The notes under the pieces were generated by a model. It had not been told where the DNA came from. It ran no database searches and saw only the letters and a program-made list of their open reading frames with translations. 61,064 bases of DNA, taken from the NCBI GenBank assembly GCA_964400255.1, contig CAYNTR010000001.1, forward strand, positions 1 to 61,064. Direction: 5' to 3'. Made by a program: the position numbers and the translations under genes. This DNA comes from an uncultured Halobacteria archaeon. GTDB taxonomy: Archaea > Halobacteriota > Syntropharchaeia > Alkanophagales > Methanospirareceae. This document shows, in pieces, positions 45,919 to 56,268 of the stretch; positions within the stretch are counted from its first letter, which is position 1, and each line of letters opens with the position of its first letter.

Positions 45919-47100
45919 ATGAAAGAGGAAAGGTACGATGTTGTTGTTGTAGGAGCAGGCCCTGCGGGCAGTGTGACGGCTCGGAAAGCCGCTGAGCGTG
46001 GCTTAGAAGTCCTTTTAATCGAACGTAACCAGGAGATCGGCGTGCCGGTGAAATGCGCAGAAGGCGTGAGCAAAGAGATAGAGCAGTTCGTTAAGCCTGA
46101 TAAGAAATGGATCAGCGCGGAGGCGAAAGGTGCGAATATCTATGCACCTGACGGTACGAAAGTGGTTATGGCAGGCGAGAAGATGGAGGATGTGGGCTAT
46201 GTGCTCGAACGTCGGATATTCGACAAGTTCCTCGCAAGCGAAGCGGCACGTGCTGGTGCTAAGGTTCGCGTTAAAACTGAAGCGTATGGCCTCATTAAGG
46301 AAGATGGCTATGCCAAGGGCGTTTCTGTTCGGTTTATGGGGGAAACCAAACGCATTGATGCGCGGGTCGTGGTTGGTGCTGACGGTGTGGAATCGCATGT
46401 TGGCCGATGGGCCGGTATTAATACGAGGCTGCGCCCCTCTGACATCGACGTCTGCGCTGAGTTCCTCATGTGTGATACAAACATCAACAACGAGTATTCG
46501 GAATTCTTCTTGGGCAGTGAGATCGCACCCAAAGGCTACGCATGGGTATTTCCAAAAGGCGAGGATTGCGCTAATGTCGGTGTGGGGATCGGTGGCGATA
46601 TGTCTGGCAAGGGGCACCATGCGATAGATTATTTAAAGGCGTTCGTACGCAGCAGGTTCCCCAACGGCAAGATACTGGCTGAGATGTACGGTGCTGTGCC
46701 GGTATGCGGCCTGATCAGCGAAAGCGTAGCAGATGGGCTGGTGTTAGTCGGTGATGCAGCATGGCATGTCAACCCGTTAACCGGCGGCGGCATACTATAC
46801 GCGATGCACGCAGGCGAAATAGCTGGCGAAGTCGTTGCAAAAGCAGTTCAGGAGAACGACGTGTCAAAGAAACGATTGAAGGAATACGACACGAGGTGGC
46901 GAAAGGCGTTTGGAAAGCGGCTGGACGTAGGTTTAAAAGCGAAAGAATTCCTCTTCACGCTCTCGGACGACGATCTCAATACGCTTGCACATTCGTTAGC
47001 AGGCATAAAAATACATGAGCTCACCACGAAAGCATTGTTGTTCGAACTCGTGAAACGGAATCCCAAGCTGCTGATGAGATTGGCGAGAACGCTCCTTTAA
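45919..47100 (+). CDS. Geranylgeranyl reductase family (digeranylgeranylglycerophospholipid reductase)
   Basis: YDVVVVGAGPAGS FAD fold, VKCAEG, and GDAA..VNP.TGGGI. ATG at 45919; the track start at 45913 is a TTG. Confidence 0.9.
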   Translation: MKEERYDVVVVGAGPAGSVTARKAAERGLEVLLIERNQEIGVPVKCAEGVSKEIEQFVKPDKKWISAEAKGANIYAPDGTKVVMAGEKMEDVGYVLERRIFDKFLASEAARAGAKVRVKTEAYGLIKEDGYAKGVSVRFMGETKRIDARVVVGADGVESHVGRWAGINTRLRPSDIDVCAEFLMCDTNINNEYSEFFLGSEIAPKGYAWVFPKGEDCANVGVGIGGDMSGKGHHAIDYLKAFVRSRFPNGKILAEMYGAVPVCGLISESVADGLVLVGDAAWHVNPLTGGGILYAMHAGEIAGEVVAKAVQENDVSKKRLKEYDTRWRKAFGKRLDVGLKAKEFLFTLSDDDLNTLAHSLAGIKIHELTTKALLFELVKRNPKLLMRLARTLL

Positions 47101-47164
47101 AACCTTTCTAAAGAAAGCTTTACCAAAGACCGCTTACGCTATTTTCTTTTTTACAAAAAGAAAA
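47101..47164 (+). terminator. Copy of the dispersed palindromic repeat plus an A/T hairpin after the reductase gene
   Basis: AACCTTTCTAAAGAAAGCTTTACCAAAGACCGCTTACGC resembles the 14.8-kb array unit. It is followed by TTTTCTTTTT-tac-AAAAAGAAAA. Confidence 0.4.
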
Positions 47165-47269
47165 CCTGTGCTAAGAAAGAGTGAACTCTTTAGTCAATCT
47201 TTGTGTTTTGATTGATTCGCATGTAACAACTTACAAAACTCATCTTGGTGGAACTATATTATTAGAGTA

Positions 47270-48142
47270 ATGTCGATGCCTGCATCAGAAGAATATGGGA
47301 GGGGTTACCGACGTATCCCTTTTATCACGCTTTCGGAGCTGCGGCCACGCGTGTGGATCACACTTTCCGGTTGTAACTTTCGCTGTAAGGGCTGTTTTAG
47401 CATCGCTCGTGATCCCGTCGGCGAGCCGATGACCATTGCGCAGTTGATCAACTTGGTGAAGAATTCGTCACGTGAATACTATGGCAATAAGCCGCTCGAA
47501 GAAGTTGTCATAACGGGTGGCGAACCCACGCTTGACCGAGAGTACCTTCTTGAGTTGATTGCTAAACTGAAAGAATTCGTGAACTGGATCGTGCTCGATA
47601 CGAATGGCTCCTTCTTAGACGATGCGTATCTCCAGGAACTCATCGAAGCGGGTCTAGCGGAAGTCGTGTTCGACTTAAAGGCATGGGACGAAAAACTGCA
47701 CGAGTGGTACACAGGGTATTCAAATCGAAGAATATTAGAGAACATAAAAAATGCCTACGGAAAGGTAAAAATTGTAGTGAACACCATCTACATACCAGGA
47801 ATTATTGATGATCGTGAAATCGAGCATATAGCACGGTTTTTAGCTGAAATAGAAGATAAAGAGGAGATCGATTACCGGATCAATCGGTTCAGAGCGGAGT
47901 TAAGCCATGACAAGATTGCACGGAATCCGTATCCAGAGGAGATTGAGCATGCGTACTCGATTGTCGCGACCTACATGAAAAATCCGGTCATTGGCAAGAG
48001 CTGCGTGCGAGAACGGGAGATCAAGGTAAAAAGAGGTTGGATAACCGTATTTCCCGATGGGACTTCAAAGAGACGGACGTTAGCTGATTACCGAGCGGAT
48101 AATGAAACTTTAAAATTGACAAAGAGGTCTCCTGTCATTTAA
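47270..48142 (+). CDS. Radical SAM protein (activase-like)
   Basis: CNFRCKGCFS triad and the GGEPTL motif. Confidence 0.7.
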   Translation: MSMPASEEYGRGYRRIPFITLSELRPRVWITLSGCNFRCKGCFSIARDPVGEPMTIAQLINLVKNSSREYYGNKPLEEVVITGGEPTLDREYLLELIAKLKEFVNWIVLDTNGSFLDDAYLQELIEAGLAEVVFDLKAWDEKLHEWYTGYSNRRILENIKNAYGKVKIVVNTIYIPGIIDDREIEHIARFLAEIEDKEEIDYRINRFRAELSHDKIARNPYPEEIEHAYSIVATYMKNPVIGKSCVREREIKVKRGWITVFPDGTSKRRTLADYRADNETLKLTKRSPVI

Positions 48143-48199
48143 ATCATCTTTGCCATCTGAGCAAATAATCTTCTCTAACACTCGTAGTGGATACCGGAA

Positions 48200-48643
48200 A
48201 TGATACGAAAAATCAAAAAGTCGGACTTGGGTGCGATTTTAAGCATAGAAAAGGAGGCATTCCCCAAATCGCCGTACAAGTTGGTTACCTTCATGTATTA
48301 TGCAGAGGTCTATCCTGATAATTTCTTGGTTTACCTCTGTGACGATCCGGGCAAAGGTCTGCAGACAATCGTGGGCTATATCATCTTTTATCCGCACGGG
48401 CATATCGTGTCAATCGCCGTGCACCCTGCGTATAGGAGAAGGGGGATTGGAACAGAGCTTGCAGAGGCAGTATTGAAGCGAACGAAAGGTACAGCATGCG
48501 TAGAAGTGCGTGCGAGCAACGAGGTGGCACGGAAGTTTTATGAGCATTTAGGCTTCTTGCTCCAAACGGTCATCCCCCAGTATTATGGCGATGAAGATGC
48601 ATTGTTAATGGTACGACTCGGTCCAGACACGAGCTTTAAGTGA
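48200..48643 (+). CDS. rimI: GNAT N-acetyltransferase (RimI / N-alpha-acetyltransferase type)
   Basis: IVSIAVHPAYRRRGIGTEL and ARKFYEHLGF. Confidence 0.8.
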   Translation: MIRKIKKSDLGAILSIEKEAFPKSPYKLVTFMYYAEVYPDNFLVYLCDDPGKGLQTIVGYIIFYPHGHIVSIAVHPAYRRRGIGTELAEAVLKRTKGTACVEVRASNEVARKFYEHLGFLLQTVIPQYYGDEDALLMVRLGPDTSFK

Positions 48644-48675
48644 TCAAACTGGACCTTCCTCGGGGTCTTGCATTA

Positions 48676-49740
48676 CTACTTGGGGAACTCTGATATTTCG
48701 CTGATTCCTAAGTGGTTCATAAGTTCAGAAAGCAGGTTCTGCTTGAAATTAGCGTATGCACCCTTATTTGGTACCGCTATTGCTATCTTCCGCTCTGATA
48801 ATTTCGGATACGCGTTCTTAAACACAGCCTGAAGGTCATTTATCCATTTCGGGATCTCGTCAGCGATAAAAATTACGGGAAAGTCCTTCCATTCTACAAC
48901 GTCATGCCGTGATAAGGTATCGGTAAGTGCGATGTACAGGGTATCACGGCCCAAAAGTATATAACTCCTAAGGAACGGTAAAAATTTGTCGATTTCAAAG
49001 CCAGTGAAATATCCCGTAGTCTCTAATATACCCTGCTCGGTCATCGCAGCCTGTTCTGCCATCTTTGTACTCCACGGTTTTATTATCCATCTCGCCTCTT
49101 TTATCAGTTCGTCTATCTCCTTTTCGAGCGTTTCCCTTATCGGTAAGACGGCGAGTTGGTTCGCTTTCCATGCTTGCAATTGCTCTTTAACCTTCTTTTT
49201 CGTATCCTCGCTCTGGTACAACTCCAAGAATTCCTGCTCTCGCTTCTTCCCGTATAGGCATAACCGCTCTCTCAGTAAGTCATTTTCTATAGCATGGAAG
49301 GCCTCAAGCGAAAACAGCTCAGACAATTCCTTTCTGATACTTTCATACTGCGTGAGTCCGGGAGTGCCATGTTTACCGATTTTCAAGAGCAAATCAATCA
49401 TCTTGAGCTTTGCGAGGTCCCCAGCTTCCGCGGCTTTCTCAAAATAGCTCACGAAATCACCCGGCTGCGGTAAATATCTCCCGGTGATTTCATCGAAAAA
49501 CTCTTCATAGCCCGACAGGCAGAGATAATCGTTATGAGTGCCTATTTTAAGAATCCCTTTCCTCCTTAACACCTTTAATAAATCTGTACAATCCTTCCCA
49601 GTGATTGCCGTGAAGTTTTTTACCAGCGTTTCCTCTGTCGTATATCCTTTCGCGAGATGAAAGAGCCCCAACAGGGTCTTCATATCTTCGTTCTCTTCAG
49701 CCAAACGTAACAGTGTGCTTTTAAATTCCTCTGGAAACAT
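48676..49740 (-). CDS. Hypothetical protein downstream of ftsY
   Basis: 354-aa ORF with ATG start. A wHTH may be present at the N-terminus. No family recognised. Confidence 0.45.
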   Translation of the reverse strand: MFPEEFKSTLLRLAEENEDMKTLLGLFHLAKGYTTEETLVKNFTAITGKDCTDLLKVLRRKGILKIGTHNDYLCLSGYEEFFDEITGRYLPQPGDFVSYFEKAAEAGDLAKLKMIDLLLKIGKHGTPGLTQYESIRKELSELFSLEAFHAIENDLLRERLCLYGKKREQEFLELYQSEDTKKKVKEQLQAWKANQLAVLPIRETLEKEIDELIKEARWIIKPWSTKMAEQAAMTEQGILETTGYFTGFEIDKFLPFLRSYILLGRDTLYIALTDTLSRHDVVEWKDFPVIFIADEIPKWINDLQAVFKNAYPKLSERKIAIAVPNKGAYANFKQNLLSELMNHLGISEISEFPK

Positions 49741-49765
49741 TTCTTTTCACTCCTCCCTCTACTGT

Positions 49766-50797
49766 TCATCCTTCATTTTGGTTATCACCCAATAATCGAT
49801 CCACGAGCCATTCGGGATCAAACGTCTCCAAATCATCATATTCCTGCCCTACACCTAAGAATAATATGGGTTTAGAGGTCGAATGAGCGATGGAAATAGC
49901 TGCTCCACCTTTTGCATCCACGTCAACCTTGGTTAACATCCCCGCATCGATCCCGACCGCTTCATCAAATCTCTTTGCACGTTCTACTGCATCATTTCCG
50001 GCAACCGCTTCATCCACAAAGATCACCAGGTCTGGCTTGGTCACGCGACAGATCTTCTTCAACTGTTCCATAAGATCGACAGACGTGTGCATTCGTCCCG
50101 CGGTATCTGCAAGAACCACATCTTTCCCATGCGCTCTCGCATAGTTCATCGCGTCATAAACAACGGCTGCGGGATCTGCACCGTATTGATGCTTTATCAC
50201 CTTTATGCCCAGATTTGATGCGTGTGTCTCTATCTGTTCTGTTGCTCCTGCTCTGTACGTGTCCGCAGAGGCAATTGCGACCGAATAATTCGCATCAAGC
50301 AATTTCTTCGCAACTTTTGCGATGCTCGTGGTCTTACCCGTGCCATTGACACCAACAAAGACGATATTTATCGGCTTCTTGCTCGTAGCCACAAACTTAT
50401 CAAAATCAAGCTCACCACCCGTGGAAAAGACCTTTAACAACGCGTTCCTGATCGCCGCTTTTACCAACCCTTCGGTATTCACACCCCATTTCTTCCGCTC
50501 ACCCACTAATTCTTTCTTCACGCCGGCGATAATCTCTTCAGCAACCGATAATGCAACATCGCTCTCCAATAACGCTAGCTCCAACTCTTCTAAAGGCTTT
50601 TCCAAATCCTTTTCGTCTAAAATCGTCTCCCGTTCGAGCAGTGCCTTACCTTTCTCTTTTATTGTCTCTTTTACACCTGCGGGTGCGGGCCTCTCCGCTT
50701 CTTTTCTCGCTCTCTCCGCTTCCTTGCCTTTCTCTTTTATCTTCCCGACGACGGTCTCTCGAAATTCGCTCAGCTTCGTCCTCAGTCGCTCAAACAT
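49766..50797 (-). CDS. ftsY: Signal recognition particle receptor
   Basis: An acidic/basic N-terminal region is followed by the NG domain (GVNGTGKTTS, DTAGR, TKVD). Confidence 0.95.
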   Translation of the reverse strand: MFERLRTKLSEFRETVVGKIKEKGKEAERARKEAERPAPAGVKETIKEKGKALLERETILDEKDLEKPLEELELALLESDVALSVAEEIIAGVKKELVGERKKWGVNTEGLVKAAIRNALLKVFSTGGELDFDKFVATSKKPINIVFVGVNGTGKTTSIAKVAKKLLDANYSVAIASADTYRAGATEQIETHASNLGIKVIKHQYGADPAAVVYDAMNYARAHGKDVVLADTAGRMHTSVDLMEQLKKICRVTKPDLVIFVDEAVAGNDAVERAKRFDEAVGIDAGMLTKVDVDAKGGAAISIAHSTSKPILFLGVGQEYDDLETFDPEWLVDRLLGDNQNEG

Positions 50798-50867
50798 TTT
50801 TCCGTTACTTTTTAGATCCTTTCTCGTTCTCTATCGCGCTCTCGTCTCGTTTACTTCAACGAGCCGT

Positions 50868-51317
50868 TCATGATTGAGCGGAGAGCTCTTGTAATCGTAC
50901 CTGTAATTTCTGCGCCTCCCGCTCCAAATTTTGTAATAAGCCAGCTATTTCACGCTGTGCATTCTCCAACTCATTTCTCTTTTCAGTCAGATACTCTATT
51001 GAAGCGTCGGGATCTTTTTCCGCACTTATCCCCCCTCCCACGCTCACGATAATTTTATCAGTATTACTCAGGGTAACGTAAACAGATGAATTGGCACCAA
51101 TGGGCACCAGTAACTCGTCTCCTGCTTTCATCTTCTTCAACTGTTTTATCGTCTCTATCGCTTTCTCATGGTCACTCATCGCCTGCCGAACAAAAAGCAA
51201 CTCTTGAGACGTTTGTTCCGCCTGCGCTTGATATTGTCGTAATTTAATCAGGAGAGATTGCAGTTCAGCTTGCTGTTCTCTCTCTTTTTCAGTTAATTCT
51301 TTCTCACTTTCCGCCAT
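50868..51317 (-). CDS. pfdA: Prefoldin alpha subunit
   Basis: Coiled-coil / beta-hairpin / coiled-coil layout (LVPIGANSSVYV). ATG at 51317; the track start at 51332 is a TTG. Confidence 0.85.
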   Translation of the reverse strand: MAESEKELTEKEREQQAELQSLLIKLRQYQAQAEQTSQELLFVRQAMSDHEKAIETIKQLKKMKAGDELLVPIGANSSVYVTLSNTDKIIVSVGGGISAEKDPDASIEYLTEKRNELENAQREIAGLLQNLEREAQKLQVRLQELSAQS

Positions 51318-51447
51318 TTTTACCGCCTTCAAGAACTATTACTCGTTTCGTGCTTATAAAATCCTTGTTCTCCACCAGATAGTAGAAATAGGTGTAAACT
51401 ATAGGAATGTTAGAGGGAACGACAGAAAAGGCGCACGAGGAGGAACC

Positions 51448-51852
51448 ATGAGAATAAGAGGAAGGAGCATCTCAAAGGGGTTAGCCACCGGAAAAGCATT
51501 GATAACAAAGCAAAAAATCTCCTTCCTCGGTGCCGTTGATCCGGTTACGGGCATTATTGTGGATAAAGCACTCGATATCTACGGGAAAAGCATAGCGAAT
51601 CGTATTTTGATATTTCCCGGTGGAAAAGGCTCAACCGTTGGCTCATATGTCATCTACCAACTGAAGAGACATGGGGTAAGCCCGTCTGCTCTGATTACTC
51701 GTCGTTCTGATACCATAGTGGCAGTTGGTGCGATTATAGCAGAGATACCCGCAGTTGACATGCTTGAAATTGACCCACTTGAGGGCGAGCTGATACGGAA
51801 TGGCGCGGAGGTGCTGGTGAATGGAACCGATGGCTACATTGAATTACTCTAA
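51448..51852 (+). CDS. DUF126 / aconitase-X swivel domain protein (phosphomevalonate dehydratase small-subunit type)
   Basis: ISFLGAVDPVTGII...GKSIANRILIFPGGKGSTVGSYVIYQL...SPSALI matches the DUF126 pattern. Confidence 0.65.
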   Translation: MRIRGRSISKGLATGKALITKQKISFLGAVDPVTGIIVDKALDIYGKSIANRILIFPGGKGSTVGSYVIYQLKRHGVSPSALITRRSDTIVAVGAIIAEIPAVDMLEIDPLEGELIRNGAEVLVNGTDGYIELL

Positions 51853-52768
51853 AGAGACGATAAAAACGCTGGAAAAGCAGGGATACCATTTTGTAGGCAC
51901 GCACAAGCACAGTGCGGTAAAAACGTGTCTTTGGTTAAGAAAATCGCTAAGAGAAGAGGGAACGTGTTATAAAGGGAAATTCTACGGGATTAATGCGCAT
52001 CGATGCATCCAGATGACGCCTTCTATTTTCTGTAACCAGCGGTGTATCCATTGCTGGCGCCCGCTCGAGGCATTTAACATCGGGCTGGACGGTGAGGCAG
52101 TCATTTGGGATTCTCCAAACGAGATAGTAGAAGATTGTATGAGAGAGCAAAACCGGCTTATTTCGGGGTTTAAAGGCTCGGTCAAAACGAGTAGAGAAGC
52201 ATTTGCAGAGGCCGCTATTCCAAAACATGCCGCCATTTCACTCATAGGAGAGCCGACACTGTATCCCTATTTGAAGGAACTCATTCAGGAGTTCCATGCG
52301 CGTGACATGACCACATTTGTGGTGACCAACGGCACGAATCCTGAGGTGGTGCGAGAAATTCGCCCGTACCAGTTATACATCTCCCTCAATGCACCGGATG
52401 AAGCCACATACCAAAAAACAGCTCACGCTCACTACTGGTCTCGAATAAACGAATCGTTGGACGAGATGGGAAGACTGAAAGGGCGAACGAGAAGAGCGGT
52501 ACGAATCACCTGTCTTGCAGGGCTGAACATGCGGGATCCCGCGGGATATGCGGAATTGTTAGGACAAGCAAATCCTGATTTTATCGAGGTGAAGGCGTAT
52601 ATGCATATCGGGTATTCGCGAAAACGGTTGAGTAGAGCAGCAATGCCCACGCATGTAAGCGTGAAAGAATTCGCCCGTGAAATTGCAGATGCGCTCGCAT
52701 CATTAGGCTACAACTATAACATCACTGACGAATCAGAGATAAGCAGAGTTGTCCTCATTTCAACGTAA
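51821..52768 (+). CDS. taw1: tRNA 4-demethylwyosine synthase (Taw1/TYW1, radical SAM)
   Basis: LEKQGYHFVG.HSAVK.C.W and the CNQRCIHCWR cluster. Confidence 0.85.
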   Translation: MEPMATLNYSKETIKTLEKQGYHFVGTHKHSAVKTCLWLRKSLREEGTCYKGKFYGINAHRCIQMTPSIFCNQRCIHCWRPLEAFNIGLDGEAVIWDSPNEIVEDCMREQNRLISGFKGSVKTSREAFAEAAIPKHAAISLIGEPTLYPYLKELIQEFHARDMTTFVVTNGTNPEVVREIRPYQLYISLNAPDEATYQKTAHAHYWSRINESLDEMGRLKGRTRRAVRITCLAGLNMRDPAGYAELLGQANPDFIEVKAYMHIGYSRKRLSRAAMPTHVSVKEFAREIADALASLGYNYNITDESEISRVVLIST

Positions 52769-52933
52769 GCCGCTTCTCAATGAAGGTCTCAACCTCGTTC
52801 GTTTGAAAAAAATCGTTAACCGTGACAGAGGACTGCGAAAATACAGAGGGCCGAGTAGGGGTTCTTAGCTTTATCTATAAGAGTTAGATTGTACTGAACT
52901 CAAACGAACCGGCTTCTTTTTATTCCGGGTTCA

Positions 52934-53107
52934 CTATTCCTTCGCTTTTGAGGCCCACTTCAATTTTCGGCTCTTTCGGCCCAGCTTGATCATGTTGCGT
53001 TCGCACTTGGAGCTGCAGAAATAATAGACGGTCCCATCCTTTTTTACAAACATCATCCCACTGCCCGGCTCGATTGGCGTCTCACAAAATGAGCATTTCT
53101 GTTCCAT
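52934..53107 (-). CDS. rpl24e: Ribosomal protein eL24 (L24e)
   Basis: Not in the ORF track because it is only 57 aa. My translation is MEQKCSFCETPIEPGSGMMFVKKDGTVYYFCSSKCERNMIKLGRKSRKLKWASKAKE. Confidence 0.85.
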   Translation of the reverse strand: MEQKCSFCETPIEPGSGMMFVKKDGTVYYFCSSKCERNMIKLGRKSRKLKWASKAKE

Positions 53108-53117
53108 CCCTCGTTCG

Positions 53118-53330
53118 TTACCTCCGCGACAGTTTCCGCACTTCTCGTGCGGTCTCTATGAGCCTGAGGATATCCCCCACTCGTATAGGACCGACACAAT
53201 TCCTCGTGAGGATTCGCCCTTTGTTATTTCCTTCAAGTATCTTACACTTTACCTGGATGGATTCACCATGCATCCCCGTTCTCCCAACGATCTCTATTAT
53301 CTCTGCTGGTGTGCCCCTCTCTTCGCTCAT
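53118..53330 (-). CDS. rps28e: Ribosomal protein eS28 (S28e)
   Basis: [27 protein letters not shown].....[16 protein letters not shown]. Confidence 0.95.
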   Translation of the reverse strand: MSEERGTPAEIIEIVGRTGMHGESIQVKCKILEGNNKGRILTRNCVGPIRVGDILRLIETAREVRKLSRR

Positions 53331-53353
53331 TTCTTACCTCGCCCTTCAATTCA

Positions 53354-53752
53354 CTATTTCAGCTTGTTTAATCCCTCTACAACCTTTCCAATCAATTCTT
53401 CAGCTTTTCCAGGGTCAACGATGGCAACAGAGGCACACCCCTTGTTAATACCACAGGCAGCCCCTAAATCTCTCTGACTTGACACGTAGAGGTAAGGAAC
53501 GCCTTTCTCCTCACACAGCGGTGGCAGATGCATTACGATCTCCTCCGGAGTGACGTCCTTACTTATTACCACTAATTTAGCCATGCCTCGTTCGATGATC
53601 TTCGTGGTTTCATTTGTTCCCTTTTTTATGGTACCTGTCGTCCTCGCTAACTCGACCGCTTCTAATGATTGCTTCTGCACTTCCTCGGGTACCTCAAACT
53701 TGACATACGTCGACGTTTTCTTTCCTTTCTCTTTTCCTTCTTTATCGCTCAT
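53354..53752 (-). CDS. rpl7ae: Ribosomal protein L7Ae
   Basis: [46 protein letters not shown]. Confidence 0.95.
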   Translation of the reverse strand: MSDKEGKEKGKKTSTYVKFEVPEEVQKQSLEAVELARTTGTIKKGTNETTKIIERGMAKLVVISKDVTPEEIVMHLPPLCEEKGVPYLYVSSQRDLGAACGINKGCASVAIVDPGKAEELIGKVVEGLNKLK

Positions 53753-53763
53753 CTTTCATCCCC

Positions 53764-54981
53764 TTACAGTGTTACCTGCTGTCTTACTCTAATAGTAGAT
53801 AGTGGTTTAAGTTTATAGTCTTCAAGTAAGACCGGCTGCACGCACTCTTCGGCCACACTGAGAGAGATCTCCTTAGTTCTGCCATACCGGCCTTTGCTCA
53901 CGATCACCGCATTGACCAATCCCAAAATATCCAATTCGGAGACAAAATCGGTAACCCGCCGCTGCGTTAGTGCGTCGAGGTCCAAATGGTTGCACAATCG
54001 CCGATACATGTTATAGACTTCACCACTGGAGAATCGTCTTTTATTCCGTTCCCGACTTAACATGAGCACGCTGCTGAGCACGATCTTTGATTGCAAAGGG
54101 AGTGTCTTGACCACTTCAGCCACCCGGTTCATTTCTAATTTCTCACTTGCAAGCCGCACATGTTCTTCACTCACCATATTGGAGCCTGAACGTTCTGCAA
54201 TTTCCCCTGATACCCGGAGCAGGTCAAGAGCACGCCGTGCATCTCCATGCTCCGAGGCGGCGAGCGCAGCGCAGAGCGGTATGACTGCTTCGCCAAGCAC
54301 ATCTTCATAAAAAGCACGATTCGCCCGTTCATACAAAATATCCTTCAACTGTTCGGCATTATACGGCGGGAATATTATCTCTTCCTCGCCTAACGAGGAC
54401 TTAACCCGAGGGTCTAATAAATCCGTGAAGGTGAGGTCATTAGAAATCCCTATGAGGCTGACTCGCGCATTTTTCAGCTCGCAGTTTATTCTGGTGAGGT
54501 TGTAGAGCGCTTCGTCTCCTTTAGTCGCTAACTTATCCACCTCATCTAAAATCACAATTACGCATTGTTCCTCGGTATCCAGCGAACTCTTAAACTCTGA
54601 ATACACCATATCTGTGGGCCATCCGATCATCGGAACGCGTTTATTGAATACCCGCGCGAGATACGCAAAAACCCGATACTGCGTGTCAAATACCTCACTG
54701 TTAATGTACAGCGGAGTACAATTGGTCCTCCTCTTCTGAGCCATCTCCTCTAATTCATTGCTCACATATTTTACCGTTGAGGTCTTACCCGTTCCCGTCT
54801 TCCCGTAAATCAGTATATTGGAGGGGGTCTCACCCTTTAACGCCGCGGATAGTATATTCGCTAACCCCTTTATCTGCTCATTCCGATGCGGCAATTTCTT
54901 CGGGACATAGGTGGGGCGCAGCACTTCTTTATTTGCAAATATCCCGCCCTCGTCTATAAGGCTTTCGAAGAGGTTATCCAT
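53764..54981 (-). CDS. cdc6: Orc1/Cdc6 replication initiator
   Basis: LRPTYVPKKLPHRNEQI, Walker A GKTGTGKT, Walker B ILDEVD, and a C-terminal winged helix. Confidence 0.9.
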   Translation of the reverse strand: MDNLFESLIDEGGIFANKEVLRPTYVPKKLPHRNEQIKGLANILSAALKGETPSNILIYGKTGTGKTSTVKYVSNELEEMAQKRRTNCTPLYINSEVFDTQYRVFAYLARVFNKRVPMIGWPTDMVYSEFKSSLDTEEQCVIVILDEVDKLATKGDEALYNLTRINCELKNARVSLIGISNDLTFTDLLDPRVKSSLGEEEIIFPPYNAEQLKDILYERANRAFYEDVLGEAVIPLCAALAASEHGDARRALDLLRVSGEIAERSGSNMVSEEHVRLASEKLEMNRVAEVVKTLPLQSKIVLSSVLMLSRERNKRRFSSGEVYNMYRRLCNHLDLDALTQRRVTDFVSELDILGLVNAVIVSKGRYGRTKEISLSVAEECVQPVLLEDYKLKPLSTIRVRQQVTL

Positions 54982-55093
54982 GGTCTCGCTAAAGGTTACC
55001 CTACCTAGCTCAAAGAACTATCGGGGTGTACACACTTAAAAGTATCCATTTCTTTAGGTTGATATAAGAATTGCGGATAGGTTTCTAGTGGAG

Positions 55094-56257
55094 CTATCGC
55101 GAGAGAATATGGACGACCGCTGTTCCGCCCGTTCCACCGATATTATGGGTCAGACCAACTTCAGCGTTGGGGACCTGTCTTTTACCAGCCTCCCCCCTGA
55201 GTTGCTGTACTATCTCGACTATTTGCCGTATGCCCGTTGCACCGAGTGGATGTCCACATGCTTTTAATCCACCGGAAGGGTTTACCGGTATACGGCCCCC
55301 TATCTCTGTCTCGCCTTCTTCGGTCGTTACCCCGCCATCTCCTTTGGTACAGAATCCTAAGTCTTCGATGGCTAGTAGCTCGGCAATCGTATAGGAATCG
55401 TGTACCTCGGCAAGATCGATCCTGGAAGGGTCTAGAGAAGCCATCTGGTACGCCTTCTTTGCCGCGAATACTGTTGCATCCATTGTTGTTAAGTCACGGC
55501 GATCGTGAAGCGAGATGGTATCACACGCCTGTGCTGATGCTTTAACATAGACCGGGGAATCCGTATACTGTTTCACTTTCTCCGCGGCACAGAGGACAAC
55601 AGCAGCTGCACCGTCTGCGATGCTCGAGCAATCCAACATATGGAGCGGATCAGCGACGATGGGTGAAGCAAGAACGCTCTCGAGGGTTATCGCTCTTTGG
55701 TATTGAGCATACGGGTTGTGGACGGCATTCGCATGATTTTTTACCGCCACCTTTGCCATTTGCTCTCTGGTGGTGTGATATTTCTCCATATGTGTTCGTG
55801 CAATTTGAGCGAACAGAGCAGGAAGTGTCGCGCCGTAGATCGCTTCCCATTTGCTATCTACGGAAGACGCGAGCAGGTCATCTGCTACGTCTGATTCCAC
55901 ATCGGTCATCTTCTCCACGCCCGCGGCTATCACGAGGTCGTACCAGCCGGAAGCCACGGAAAGAACGGCTAAATGCAGTGCCAGGGCACCGGACGCGCAC
56001 GCAGCTTCTGCTCGTGTCGCGGCGATATGAAGTCCCGCCAAGCCCGCGTAATCGGCGATGAGCGCACCGATATGCTCCTGCTCAATAAATCTGCCGGCTG
56101 ACATGTTCCCGCCATAGAGCGCCTCGATCTCATCGCCACTTATTCCGGCGTCCTCGATCGCTTTTACTCCGGCTTCGACCGCGATGTCACGCAAGGATTT
56201 CTCCCAGAGTTCCCCGAATTGCGTGGTTCCTACACCTATTATCGCTACTTCTCTCAT
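55094..56257 (-). CDS. Archaeal thiolase (acetoacetyl-CoA thiolase)
   Basis: Thiolase-fold Cys regions (EAACASG, NPSGG..ACGHP.GATG). ATG at 56257; the track start at 56266 is a GTG. Confidence 0.85.
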   Translation of the reverse strand: MREVAIIGVGTTQFGELWEKSLRDIAVEAGVKAIEDAGISGDEIEALYGGNMSAGRFIEQEHIGALIADYAGLAGLHIAATRAEAACASGALALHLAVLSVASGWYDLVIAAGVEKMTDVESDVADDLLASSVDSKWEAIYGATLPALFAQIARTHMEKYHTTREQMAKVAVKNHANAVHNPYAQYQRAITLESVLASPIVADPLHMLDCSSIADGAAAVVLCAAEKVKQYTDSPVYVKASAQACDTISLHDRRDLTTMDATVFAAKKAYQMASLDPSRIDLAEVHDSYTIAELLAIEDLGFCTKGDGGVTTEEGETEIGGRIPVNPSGGLKACGHPLGATGIRQIVEIVQQLRGEAGKRQVPNAEVGLTHNIGGTGGTAVVHILSR

Positions 56258-56268
56258 CACAATCACAC

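Noticed and set aside
54982-55093. Replication origin (ORB repeats) next to orc1/cdc6.
   Set aside because: The upstream spacer is only 112 bp, and I found no repeated ORB-like elements or long AT-rich unwinding region. The downstream side abuts rpl7ae with an 11-nt gap. The origin may well lie elsewhere.
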